DNA from: Felis catus
Lineage: Eukaryota
DNA: 64,000 nucleotides
Assembly (NCBI RefSeq): GCF_018350175.1
Contig: NC_058383.1
Coordinates: 12,030,001-12,094,000, forward strand
Direction of reading: 5' to 3'
Part shown: positions 36,231 through 48,545 of the stretch, piece after piece
Position numbering within the stretch: the stretch's first letter is position 1
Layout of the letters: each line of letters opens with the position of its first letter
The notes under the pieces: model-generated
The model's database searches: none
Seen by the model: the letters and a program-made list of their open reading frames with translations, nothing else
Told to the model about the DNA's origin: nothing
Translations under genes and position numbers: made by a program

Positions 36231-36453
36231 TTTTTTTTTAATTTTTTTTTCAACGTTTATTTATTTTTGGGACAGAGAGAGACAGAGCATGAACGGGCGA
36301 GGGGCAGAGAGAGAGGGAGACACAGAATCGGAAACAGGCTCCAGGCTCTGAGCCATCAGCCCAGAGCCCGACGCGGGGCTCGAACCCACGGACCGCGAGA
36401 TCGTGACCTGGCTGAAGTCGGATGCTTAACCGACTGCGCCACCCAGGCGCCCC
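36231..36453 (-). mobile_element. CAN-SINE, young feline type
   Basis: TSD TATTGGATACTTTTA at 36216-36230 and 36454-36468. Confidence 0.97.
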
Positions 36454-37559
36454 TATTGGATACTTTTAAAAGAAGGTAGTGGTTGTTGTATTTTATTTAC
36501 TTATTATTATTTTTTTTTAAGTAGGCTCCATGCCCAGGGTGGGGCCTGACCCTGAGATCAAGAGTCACATGCTCCCCTGGCTAAGCGATCAGGTGCCCCA
36601 TAACGGTTTTATTTTCTAAATGAAATGTTTACCATTCACTGGAAATAATGCCTTTTGCACTCGGGTATACTCGTGATGAAAATATTTAGATATGAATTTA
36701 AACATGGGCCAAAGATGATAAAGAAACAGCTTATCCACAATAAGTCAGTAGGGCAGGTCAATAATTGAAGAGAGTTTAGAAAGTGAAAGTCTCCCCACCC
36801 AGATTAATCCGCAGCGGCTCTCACTGGGGAGATTTTCGTATCCGCATTCATTTCAACTGGTCTTTTTGAAGTTTGCTGAATCGAACCACCAGGCTGGTCC
36901 TCACCGGCCGTGCTGCCCTATTGCAAGGTCTCCTGTCCCTGGCTTTGGTTCCGGAAGGCCCCTCCTCCCTGAGGACCATGACAAACTCCTTGTGTGTAAC
37001 AAAAAGCCTGTGGGTTTAATGTATTTGGACGTGGGGTATGGTGGTCCCCCAGAAGGTGTTTGCTGAGCCCCCTCTCTCCTTCCTTCCTCCGGAAGACGCT
37101 GAGAACACAAACATCTCGTTTTAAATTTGAAGTCTGGGTGAAAGAGGCATCACAGTTTGTTTCTTTTTTCCAAAATTGTCTCAGGGGAGTCACAAGCAGA
37201 AAGGTTTAACGACCCTGTTCTGGTCCGTAGGCTGTTTCACCTGCCACGGTGGGCCCGGATGCAGCACGGTGTCTGACAGGTAAGAGGTCCTCTGCAGGCC
37301 GGTGGTGTAGGACCGAATGGAGTCATTAATGAGCAATTAGCATGGGCGCTAATGAAGACGGTGAAGGGATAAAGGAGGAGATGCAGGGGCTGGGTCGGGG
37401 TCCAGGGTGGGGGAGAGGTGCTCATCCAGAGACACACAACAGAGGTGTAGACAGGGATGTCTGTAGCAAAAGAAAAGAATCATTGCCTCTTCCCACCGAA
37501 TAAAATCAGGGGGCACTTCATTGGCTAGCTGAGTCCTTGAGAAAAGTTGTTTATGTACA

Positions 37560-38560
37560 TCCTTTCTGAATTCTCTCCTCCCCAAGCATTTTCCCTTTAA
37601 TGCAGTCAACACAAGGCTTTTGTCCCCTCCCCCCGCCATTGTCACTGGACCGGCTCTTGTTTGGGACATTCATGGTCTCCACAATTGCTGGGTCCAGGGG
37701 TCAGCGCTCATTCCCTTTCTCACCTGACCTATCAGCAGCATCTGACATGAATCTTTACTTCCTCCTTTTGGCTTCTAGAACGTTCTCTCATGAGTCTGCT
37801 GCCACCCGTTGTAGCTCCAACTTCCGAGTCGCTCATGCTTCGAGAACGTTCTCTCACAAGTCTGTTTCTACCTGGTTTTAGCTCCAACTTCTCAGTCGCT
37901 CGTGCTTCTAGAACATTCTAGAATGTCTAGTTAGCTTCTACCCATTTTAGCTCCAACTTCTAGGTCCCACACGCTTGTTGCTTCTCACTTTTCTCCATCT
38001 GCACATGTCCACTGTCAGAGTTCATTCCTAATACCTGCTTTCCTTCTCTATGTGTGATCGTTTCCGTGGTGATCTCATCTGCTCTTGGGGCAGAAAATAC
38101 CTCCAATCACTGACAACTCATGAGTATCTCCGGCCCAGACATCTCCGAACTCCAGACATTTGTCCATCTGTCCCCTTGATCTCCCTACTTCAATGCCCAG
38201 CTGAATATATCACAAAACTTGATGTCTGCAACAGAACTCACGATGTCTTTGTTTCCTTCCTCCCATGGCCTTGCTTTCCTCGCAGTTTTCTCCAGTTAAG
38301 TAAATGTCAACTCCATCCTTGGTATTGTTCAGGCTAACAATCTTCAAGTGATCACCGAGGCTTCTCTTTCTCTTATACTCCCCCCACCCCCGCATCGAAT
38401 CCTCCGGCGAGTCCTTGTGCTCTGTCTTCATAACATATTCAAAATCCACACATTCTTCCGATCACGTCTGCTGCCATCTTGTTCCAAGCCACCCTCGCCT
38501 CCAGTCTGCGTGATTGCAGAAGCCCCTCAAACCCCCTCTCGCTGCTTCTGCCTTTATGCC
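37560..38560 (+). mobile_element. LINE-2 ORF2/3' fragment
   Basis: CCTGACCTATCAGCAGCATCTGAC encodes PDLSAASD (L2 RT motif LDLSAAFD). CCCAGACATCTCCGAACTCCAGAC and TCCAAGCCACC are L2-typical. Confidence 0.8.
37771..37976. repeat. Three tandem ~66-bp units, each with a canonical heat-shock element
   Basis: Units start at 37771, 37837 and 37904 and share GCTTC.AGAAC.TTCT...TAGCTCCAACTTC. Confidence 0.88.
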
Positions 38561-38564
38561 GCAG

Positions 38565-38920
38565 ATTATTCAAGACCTGTGGCTAGCCGCTGCCTCGAAG
38601 GATCCCCAAATTCTCTGTGGCCGAACACAAACACGTTTTATTTCTCACCCGTATCTCGGTCTCACGAAAAGAATATGGTGGTCTTTGAAGTACTGATTTA
38701 GGCGCTCGGTTGTTTTCACCTGGTGGCTCTATTTTTGACTCCACGTTCTCCCTGGCATCCTACCATAGGTAGGTGGGACGACATTAGACCAGAGCCCATA
38801 AAGAAGACCGACCAATCATGGACCCATCTTGGCCTTGCACGACACACTCATATTCTGTTGGCCAGAATGAGTCACGTGACCCGTCCAATCGCAAGGAGGA
38901 CCAGGAAATGTGGTGGCACA
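38565..38920 (-). mobile_element. Old MLT1 LTR fragment
   Basis: TTTTATTTCTCAC...CTCATATTCTGTTGGCCAGAATGAGTCACGTGACC...GGAAATGTGG. Confidence 0.65.
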
Positions 38921-39454
38921 CCCAGAGGCTCTGGGTGGGCATTCGTGCTTCCTCCTGTGCCCTCATTGCGTTGTGCTCCCCGCACAGGAACCGAAGATGA
39001 CGCCTGTCACGTTCCCAAATACTCACAACTTTCCCGATTCACAAGGAGAGATTGCTTTTCATCCAGTTACCGCCCCAATCACTTGGTCGCCCTTCAGCTC
39101 TGGGCCCCCTGAATTAAATCTATTAAATCTGGTGATGTTCTCTGGAGTGGCGTTGTTGTTTCGCCTCGCTGTCTCTTTTCCACTTTCTTTGGCAACGGCA
39201 TCTTAATAATCCTGTGAGGCACCATCCCTCCTTTACCTAGCAATGTATATGCAAAAGCAAATGAAGTCCCAGGATCCCATGCGACCAGTTATTACATCAC
39301 TCTCTCACCGTTCCATATGGAACGCTATTGTTGGCCACGGTGACGTGGCCATCTATTAGGTTTTCCAGTTCAGCATTTATTTGCCTCTATTCTGGCAACA
39401 GTTCCTGGGGAAACACGCACTCTCATGATGTGAGTCCAGTTTTGGCCAACGTGA

Positions 39455-39803
39455 CCCGGCTGCTCTAACAAAAGGCCATAGACTAGGTGGCTTACGAACG
39501 ACAGGAATCTATTTCTCGCGGTTCTGGAGGTTGGGAAGTCCAGGGTCAGGGTGCTGGCAGATTCACTGACTGATGAGGACCCGCTTCCTGGTCCATAAAT
39601 GGCCACCTTTTCGCTGTTAGCCCCCCTCACATGGTGGAAGGGAGCTCTCTGAGGCCTCCTTTATAAGGACACTAATCCCACTCCTGAGATTAATTCATGA
39701 AACTAGTCACCTCCCGAGGGCCCCATCTTCAGATCCCATCACAATGGAGGAATACGTTTCAACGTATGAATTTTGGGGAAACACCATCATTCAGCTTATA
39801 GCA
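39455..39803 (-). mobile_element. MLT1A-like LTR
   Basis: GGCTGCTCTAACAAA...TTCTGGAGGTTGGGAAGTCCAGGGTCAGGGTGCTGGCAGATTC...TTTCAACGTATGAATTTTGGGG. Confidence 0.88.
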
Positions 39804-39807
39804 CCCC

Positions 39808-40003
39808 TTTTTAAAAAAATTTTTAACGTTTATTTATTATTGAGAGACAGAGAGAGAGCATGAGCATGGGAGAGGCAGAGAGACGGGGAGACACAGAATC
39901 CGATGCAGGTTCCAAGCTCTAAGCTGTCAGCACAGAGCCCGATGTGGGGCTCGAACTCACAAACCGTGATCATGACCTGAGCCAACCAACTGAACCACCC
40001 GCC
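39808..40003 (-). mobile_element. CAN-SINE
   Basis: Reverse SINE with deleted/degenerate head. Confidence 0.9.
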
Positions 40004-40084
40004 CCTCATTTAGCCACATGAATCAGCTAGAGCTGACTCCAACCCCAGGCTCTAAGATTGGGCATGAGAACCAAGGAAGACCAT

Positions 40085-40170
40085 TTTTCATTCATTGAAT
40101 AAGTATTTTTGAGTATCTACTATGTGCCAAGCACGGTCCCAAGTTCTGAAGAGATTGCAAAACACATCGC
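40085..40170 (-). mobile_element. L2 3' terminus
   Basis: TTCATTCATTGAATAAGTATTTTTGAGTATCTACTATGTGCCAAGCAC. Confidence 0.75.
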
Positions 40171-40846
40171 AGACAAAACCCCAGCTCAGGGGAGGATTCG
40201 GGCCACGTTCTGTGTGCCTGTGGGTTATTTGCCCCTTCGAGGAAATCCTACGTGAAATCCGGCCAACACCAAGGAAAGTACAGCTGAGATTTGCAGTGAG
40301 GCAAATCCCTTTGAGCACCTGATTCCAGCAAGTATGAAGCCAAATCTAGACTTTTCTACTCTGGGAGCCCTAAATGCCTTTTTACTCCAATCACTTCGAG
40401 TTGTGTTTTGTCCCTTTCAGCAGAAAGAAATCCTGCCGCACTGCCCATTAGGGATGATGCAGAATTCCGTGATGTAATGCCTAGAAAGCAGGCCATCGAC
40501 GCGAGCCTCGGTGAGAGCACTTCTTTGCACATCAGCACAAATATGTGGAAATTAAGTGAAAAATATCCTCACTGGACACAATCAGGAGGAAGTGAGAACA
40601 GAACCTTCCTTGAATTTTAACTAAAGACCTCCAAGTCCTGCCCGCCCCACCATTTTACAGAAGGCCAAGGGAGACTTTAATTACCTTCCGCACAGAACAA
40701 AGAACGCGGGGTAGAAATACCATGGGGGAGGGATGGCCTCTTTTACTTCAGATGCTGCCTTAGAAGGTAATACGAAGAGCAACCTCTAAGTGCATGCCGA
40801 CAACATACCTGTAAATATGAATACAGTGCTTTAAAATACTTGCCAC

Positions 40847-41042
40847 GAGGCGCCTGGGTGGCTCAGTCAGTTAAGTGTCCGACTTTGGCTCAGGTCAAGA
40901 GCTCGCGGTTCGTGGGTTCGAGCTCCGCGTCGAGCTCTGTGCTGACCGTTCAGAGACCAGAGCCTGCTTTGGATTCTGTCTGCCTCTCTCTCTCTGCCCC
41001 TCCCGCTCACGCTCTGTCTCTCAAAACAAAACAAAAAAAAAT
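40847..41042 (+). mobile_element. CAN-SINE
   Basis: TSD TTAAAATACTTGCCA at 40831-40845 and 41042-41056. Confidence 0.96.
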
Positions 41043-41699
41043 TAAAATACTTGCCATGGATATTAATTTGTAACTCCAAGGTGACAATTTACTCATCGGA
41101 CCTAGAAAGGAGAAGGGATTAAAAATTTCATCCACACATTCAATTATTTATCAACCCACCTTTTCTTTTGGATTTAAAACACCTGAGCAGGCATCAGCTC
41201 AGGAAATAACTTGGTGCCGGTTACACTTTTCTGCCCTTGCTGAGGCTATTTGGCAAGCCGGTCCTTAAATCTGAACTAAAGTACTCAGTTCGTTAAAATA
41301 CGTACGGCTATCGCAAGAACGGATGTTATTTCTTCGCATCACTCTTAGAAGATACGCGGTGTGCCGACCGCCCTCGTCAAGAAAGCTGCATTTAAGTGGC
41401 CTGTGTCAAAAGACCACAAAGGATCACAATTTACATTTTGACCCAGTTCCTTTCTCAGTCTTCATTAGAGAGAACCACCCCAGCAGGTCCGCTGTCGCCA
41501 AAAGGGACGTCGGTCTTCTCCATTCCCCTTTACCGGGGCAAATTCAGCTGCATTTCCCCGGAGCCGTGCAGTTATTAACGTGACGAGTACCCACAGGTCG
41601 GATAATGAACGATTATGGGCCATACGTGGTATCACCAGTAGAGTGTCTTAGCGTTGAAAAACCCGATCATGACTTCTGAAAGACAAAGAGGTCTAAGAG

Positions 41700-42450
41700 G
41701 AGTCAACGGCGGGGAAGAGGGGGTGGGGGGGCGGGGACAAGCTTACGAAAAGGTGGAGAATCGGTAAAATAGTTATGCGGAGCTGCCCTGCTGACACGGA
41801 TGAGAAACTGCTTGGAAAAAGGCACAGCCGGGAGCCTGGGAAGCCCAAAGCTGCTCCCAGGTGTAATTATCAACATGCTAAAATGCCAGGTTAGGTGCCA
41901 GTGAGCTGGGGCATCCCACCTCGTCACAAAGAAAAATGAGTTTCGCCACGTTGGCCTCGCCGTGCCCAGCCAAGTGTGGCCACCGTGGCACCTTCCGTGG
42001 CCCGTGCAGACCCCCATCGTGAAAAGGTTGGCATCCGCCCTGTAAACAAATTATCTTCAACAAAGGGGTTTACAAACGCCGGCTAATTAGTTGAAATTCC
42101 CCAAAGCCTTCCGCCGTTTTTAATTCAATAACACGGTGTAAATTTTCCAGTTAGAAAAAGTCTAATAGGAATTGGCAGAAAACTGGGTAATTGATATTGT
42201 TAGCCACCGCCGCACCACGCGCCCCAGAGTTATTGTTTGCCGGTGAGCGGGATGGCGGTGATTTCCGGAGAGGATAAGGCATGGAGTGGAATGAATTAAC
42301 AATATAAACCGTAGACAGCTGGTGCTCAATAGCCTCTCCGTGGGCTCAGCCTCTAGCTGAGAAAAAATTGAAAGGACATATAAATAGACCTACCTCTCTG
42401 CGGCTTGGATTATAATAAAGCATCATAGCAACCGGCCCAAAAGGCCAGCT
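41700..42450. promoter_or_regulatory. Candidate enhancer (repeat-free, CpG-retaining, motif-dense)
   Basis: TGTAAACA (FOX) at 42041, ACAAAG (SOX/TCF) near 42060, CTAATTAG (homeodomain) at 42083, GAAATTCCCC (NF-kB) at 42093. Function is inferred. Confidence 0.35.
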
Positions 42451-42597
42451 TGGAAACCATCGCAAAACCATTGCTGTGGGACATCAGCAAATCGCTGACG
42501 GTCCCTGAGCCTTGTTTTCACGGTCAGTACCGACAAAGGTCTCTGGCCTCTGGACTCTTACTGGCCACACGTGGAATCATTAAGAAAGGGGACATGA

Positions 42598-42795
42598 GGG
42601 GCTCAGGTGGCCGAGGGTCCGACTCTTGACTTCGGCTCAGGTCGCGATCTCGCCCCGCATTGGGCTCCCCGCATTGTGGAGCCTGCTTGGGATTCTCTCT
42701 TTCCCTCTCTCTCTCTCTGTCTCTCTCTCTCTCTCTGCCCCTCCCCCGCCTGTACTCTGTCTCAAAATAAATAAGCAAACATTAAAAAAAAAAAA
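42598..42795 (+). mobile_element. CAN-SINE with deletions in the head
   Basis: SINE body, CT tract and A tail. GGGGACATGA on both flanks. Confidence 0.9.
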
Positions 42796-43202
42796 GAGAG
42801 AGAGAGATTGGGGACATGAAACCATCTAAGCATGGAAGGAGGGTCTCAGAAGACGAGAGTGGGGAAAACCTAATGGAAACTGTATCTTTTCCCATCATGA
42901 CCAAGCCTAGTCCACGCTTCTTAAATTCGGGCACATAGACCCCAAGTGTATCTGGTCACGTGGGAGGCAGGAGGCTGAAACTGCCGAGTGAATGTGGCCA
43001 ATGTTCTTGAAGCACCAATTTGGCCTGCCAAATTCGATGAGATATAACCCTCATTTGCTGTTACTTTCAGATTTTCAAAATATTCTAAAAAAAAAATAAC
43101 ACATGGCCTTAAAGTCACATAAAACTAAAAGACCTTCCTTAAAGATATCAGATCCCTCTCCCATCCCATGGAAGCAACCGTTTTCCAGCACTTTGACCTA
43201 TA

Positions 43203-43372
43203 TTTTCTAAATTTTTTTTTACATTTATTTATTTTTGAGAGACAGGGAGAGACAGAGCGTGAGCAGGGGAGGGGCAGAGAAAGAGGGAGACACAGAATCG
43301 GAAGCAGGCTCCAGGCTCTGAGCCATCAGCCCAGAGCCCGACGCGGGGCTCGAATCCACGGACCACGAGATC
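43203..43372 (-). mobile_element. CAN-SINE, 5'-truncated
   Basis: Reverse SINE stops at GGACCACGAGATC. Confidence 0.92.
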
Positions 43373-43599
43373 AAACTCAGGAGCCTAAGCTCTTACCACG
43401 CCTCCCCTCTGAGACATGTCTCTCAAAACAAGTCTTTACCATCTGACGATCTCTCTGTTTTCATTCGTCAACTGGGGATAGCCCCTCTGGAGCCCCCTCC
43501 AGCTCCAGGCTGAACTGACTTCTCTTTAGACCTCCCGTACCACTGTCTTTATGGACTTAACCTTGGCTGTCCTGGAAATCCTTTAGGCCTCTCTTGTGT

Positions 43600-44340
43600 T
43601 AAAGACCTTGTTATTCGTAGTTGAATGATAATTTGGTTGCATGTAGAATTCTAGGTTAGAATATACTTTTCGATGCTGTTTGTGAAGGCACAGTGCCGTT
43701 GTCTTTGAATTTCCAGTGTTCCACGTTTGAAGTTGGATGCCTTTGTTTATTCTTGGTCCTTTGATTTGCTTTCTAGAAAGCTTTTCACCAGATTCCTTTG
43801 AGTCCCTTTGTCCTGAATTCTCACGATGATTTGCCTTACGTGTCCTTCCAGTCTGGAAATGTTTCTACATGATTTCCTTGATCGTTCCCTTGGCACGTTT
43901 TCCTTTGTTCTATGTTCCTTGACCTCCTCGAATGTTCTCTCTCCTCACTGGTTATCTCATTCTCTCATATTTTGTTTCCCACCCAAGTCTTTATCTGTAT
44001 GTTTAATTTCCATGAGCTTATTCTCGATTGTCTAAAGGTTTCTTTTTAGATCATCATTACATAGTTTCAAGGGTACTTATCTTGGACTCTGGACTCTTAC
44101 TGGCCACACATGGGATCATTAAGAGAGGGGACACGCGGGGCACCTGAGTGGCTCAGTCACTCATTGGTGATATCAGGTATACTCATTTTGGAGTTCACGT
44201 CTGCTTCCTGCGTTTTTTTCGCCCAACGCTTTATTTTTTCAAGTTCGCCCCTTTGCATATATGAAACTTTCCCCTAAAAGTCGATTGCTCCTTGACCATC
44301 TGTTCATATTTAAGGAGGCATTGGAGAGTGAATCGGAATT
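43600..44340 (-). mobile_element. Old L1M/HAL1-like fragment
   Basis: GAATGATAATTTGGTTGCATGTAGAATTCTAGGTTAGAA and T-rich strand bias. Confidence 0.6.
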
Positions 44341-44850
44341 TCTGCAAGCACAGATGAGGCTTTTCAACGGGGCGACTTTACTATTGAGTGGCCAGCTGAT
44401 ACTTTTGCCGGAAACGCCCCCCACTGCCATATTGGTATTTGTATATCTTTTCTCTGAGGAGATTAAATTTCTCTGGAGAAAGAGCTTCTATTCTGCTGTG
44501 TGGAGCCAGGATGCCTGGCTGCCAGCATCCTGAAGACTGTTGAAAGATAACAACTGGATTTATTTGAAGAGGTTTACTTAATTCTCCAGATGCTGGCCTC
44601 TGTAACAGATGCTTCCAATCCTGGAACGTCTCTAGCTTAGTTTCTCCGGGGAATATGGTTCTGCTGTCTGCAGTGTGGGGAGCACGATTCTCTCCCAGCA
44701 CACTGGGCGGGTGGGGGGGGGGGGCCAGAAGGCACCTAGTGACTTCAAATTACAAGCCTTCGTGGGGTTCATTAGAAAGAATTGGCTTGCTTTTATAGGT
44801 CTCTGTCTTGATCCTCACAAGTGTCCCCTTCGGCATGAATATAGGCTTTT

Positions 44851-45058
44851 GGGTGCCTGGGTGGCTCAGTGGGTTCGGCGCCTGACTCTTGATCTAGTCT
44901 CAGGTCATGATCTCATGGTTCGTGGGTTTGAGCCCCACTTCGGGCTCTGTGCTGACAACGGGAAGCCTGCTTGGGATTCTCTCTCTCTCCCTCTTTCCCT
45001 CCGTGCCCCTCTTTCGCTTCCACTCTCTACATAAATAAACAAACATTAAAAAAAAAAA
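44851..45058 (+). mobile_element. CAN-SINE
   Basis: Head, CT tract and A tail. Confidence 0.94.
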
Positions 45059-46709
45059 GAGTGTAAGCTCCACCTTCACTGTTTTCACATCTTGTACAAT
45101 TGTGATCAGAGAACCACGGATCTCTTTCCAACCTCTGCCATTTCCCCCCCCCACATGCATACAGTTTCGGAGAGACCCATTATCTAAGCATTTGGCTGAG
45201 ATATTCGTTAAATCGTTAATAAGCATTGTTCACAGAAATAGTTAAATTAGTGAATAAGCAAGACAAGAGTTGAGAATGTGAAAAGAAATTTAGGTTTGGA
45301 GACATTTGGCAAAGCTGTGCGTCCATAAATTTTTCTAGATTTGGGAATGCCGTGTAGCTGTTAAAGCCCATCTGAAATACTGAGAAAAGAAGTCTGGTTT
45401 GGAGTATGTCCCCATGTTTGTGTCACTCTATCAGAGCAAAATGAAAAGGAGAGACGGCTTGCTATTGGATCAACGAGTTCTGTGACGACTTAGGACATTT
45501 ACTGAACGGACGAAAAGGAGCGAGGCTTTCATGCAGTCCGTGGGGTCTGTTTTGTGTTTAAAACTGTGCCTGGGCCATCTTCCAGGGTGCCTTAAGCAGC
45601 GGGCTACAACCGTAGAACCAGACAGAAAAGAGAGACGGTCGGTGGATGGATGGACAAGATGGAAACCTGCTCAGCGAGCAATCAGGTGCTAATAGTCAAT
45701 TCAATCTGTTGCTTTCGATCAGTGGTTTTGCAGATAGCAGGCAGGTTGAAGGAGTGAAATTACCCCGCCCCCAGCTCCTGTCTCAAAGCCTTTTTGTGTT
45801 GACTCCGGCAGGAAATGACACGTCTGTGTTTTATGGGGGGGAAAAAAATTAAGAAAGAGTTAAAGGAAGCCTCAATGTTCAAACACTCATTTTAGCTTAA
45901 ATGTCTAATTAAAATTGTGCTGTCTTGATGATTTAACAGATCCAAAAGCAGTGTTTTCTTACGGCAGCTGATCCCAGTGCAAGGCCTGCTAGCCAAGCAT
46001 GAAGCTTTGTTAATGAGAAATATAAGCTTATAGTCAGGCCTCTGGATACTGCTATTAAAATGTACCTAATCATGTTCTTTAAGCAGAATTAGATAATCAC
46101 AATGAACTGACTTTTTCGCTCAGACGATGAACCTTTCCATTTGATAGATTGTGCATAAGTAATTTAACTTGGAGTTCATTGATACAAAATATCACTGTCA
46201 CCAAACTTTACAATAAAAAATAAACTCTGAGCGTTAATTATTTTTTTTTTCCTTTGGGAGGGACTCTTGGCAGACCGAAGGTTTTTCCCACACCGTTGTA
46301 GGCTTTTACGGCCTCTGAAGCACCAAACATGTAATCTTCCAGGAAAATGAGGCCCAGGCAGCTCTCTAGCTTACAGACTTGGCCAGGCTGTTCGGCACCT
46401 TTCGTTTTAAGTAAGAAGTGGGGAAAGCATGAAAACATTAGAGGAAACATTACCAGCCATGGATAACAGAGACACATGGAAAGAGGAAGCAAATAAGTAA
46501 GCCGGAAAGGAAACGTAGACGAGCAGGTCTGTGGCACAGCTGTGTGTTCCCAACCCCCCCAGCAGGACAAGAGCCTGCAGGCATCTGAAGAATTGAACCC
46601 AGCTACCAGATGAGGGTCCGAATAAGGGGATGCTGTAGAGACGAGAAGGCGGGAATTTCGCTTTTGCTTTAAGAATCACTCACGGGGGTTCCATCTAAAA
46701 TGTTCTACA

Positions 46710-46913
46710 GGGGTGCCTGGGTGGCGCAGTCGGTTAAGCGTCCGACTTCAGCCAGGTCACGATCTCGCGGTCCATGAGTTCGAGCCCCGTGTCAGGCTCT
46801 GGGCTGATGGCTCGGAGCCTGGAGCCTGTTTCCGATTCTGTTTCTCCCTCTCTCTCTGCCCCTCCCCCGTTCATGCTCTGTCTCTCTCTGTCCCAAAAAA
46901 AAAAAAAAAAAAA
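46710..46913 (+). mobile_element. CAN-SINE, young feline type
   Basis: TSD AAAATGTTCTACAG on both sides; long pure A tail. Confidence 0.97.
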
Positions 46914-46925
46914 ATGTTCTACAGA

Positions 46926-47098
46926 GGGCGCCTGGGTGGATCTGCCCCTTAAGCATCTGACTCCTGATTTCGGCTGCCAGGACCTCCCAGTGGTGAGGTC
47001 GAGCCCCACGTCGAGCTCCGCGTGGGGCGTGGAGCCTGCGTAAGATTCTCTCTTTCCCTCTCCCTCGGCCCCTCCCCCCTGCCCTCTCTCAAAAAAAA
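46926..47098 (+). mobile_element. CAN-SINE (older subfamily)
   Basis: GGGCGCCTGGGTGG head. Tail followed by GTTCTAC. Confidence 0.88.
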
Positions 47099-47479
47099 CC
47101 GTTCTACCGCTTAGACGGGATTTATTGACACCTCATCAGCAAAGTGAGCTTGTACAATCTGTAATGAGATAGATGTTAGAAATAAAGGGGGGAGGAGTAT
47201 TGATTACCCATCAGAATTGTGTAAGGGGCTGGCAGGTAAGTGCATCAAATTTACTTACAGCGTATCTTTCACTCTACAAGGAAAGAATACGATTTTGCTT
47301 CAGGCTCCTTTCCTAAACCATCTGTGGTTTCACTGATCCATTCCACAAACATGTCTCATAAATCTATCCTATGCCAGTGCTGGGCACAAACCGGAAACAC
47401 AAAGATATATAAGATACAGACCCTACCTTAAAAACTGACGGGCAGATCGGATCAGAGAGGCAACAAAGCAAATCAATCA

Positions 47480-47740
47480 TTATAACATTAGCCAACATTT
47501 CCTATAGTGCTCACGCCCTATCGGGTACTGTTCTGAGCACCTTAAATACGTACCGCGTTTAATCCTTGCAATGGTTTTGGAAGGAAGACATTTTTATTAT
47601 CCCCATTTTACAGATGACAAAAAACTGAGGCCAAAAGTAGAAGACGCAGTCAGGTAGTTCGCCCAAAGGTGCACAGCTCGGGCAGAATCTGGCCCCACGC
47701 CATCTGGCATGAGGCTTCTTTATCTTAATCAAACACTCAC
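47480..47740 (-). mobile_element. MIR
   Basis: TATTATCCCCATTTTACAGATGACAAAAAACTGAGGC...GCCCAAAGGTGCACAGCT. Confidence 0.85.
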
Positions 47741-47973
47741 TCAGCTGTTAGCAACACAGTCTGTGGAGGGACTGTTGGGGCTCAGAAGTGGGGCATCTAA
47801 GTTAGAGAGGAGGTGTCGACTTGAGTGAGAAAGGGAAAACCAGCAAGAGTTAACTGGCACAATGAACTATATCTAATTACAACTCAAAACCTCCTTTGTA
47901 GAGTTCCGAAGACATTCTCATTGACAAATATACATACATACGTGTATATATATACATATGTATATATATATAT

Positions 47974-48545
47974 AAACTATTGGCATATCTTGTATATAGT
48001 TCTCAATGATATATATATTTTACAATAATATATAATTTTTACAATGATTTCTCAATGATATATATTTCAATATTATATATATGTATTTATAAACTATTGC
48101 CATATCTCGTATATAGTTCTCAATGATATATATATTTTACAATAGTATATAATTTTTACAATGATTTCTCAATGATATATATTTCAATATTATATATATG
48201 TATATATAAACTATTGGCATATCTCGTATAGAGTTCTCGATATATATATTTTACAATGGTATATAATTTTTACAATGATTTCTCAATGATATATATTTCG
48301 ATATTATATATATATGTATAATAAACTATTGGCATATCCCGTATATAGTTCTCAATGATGTATATATTTTACAATAGTATATAATTTTTACAATGATTTC
48401 TCAATGATACATATTTCAATATTATATATATATGTATATATAAACTATTGCAATATCTCGTATATAGTTCTCAATGATATATATATTTTACAATAGTATA
48501 TAATTTTTTCAATGATATTTCAATATTATATATATATATACACAT
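47974..48545. repeat. AT-rich ~117-bp minisatellite, 5 copies
   Basis: AAACTATTG unit starts at 47974, 48091, 48208, 48323 and 48442. Confidence 0.95.
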
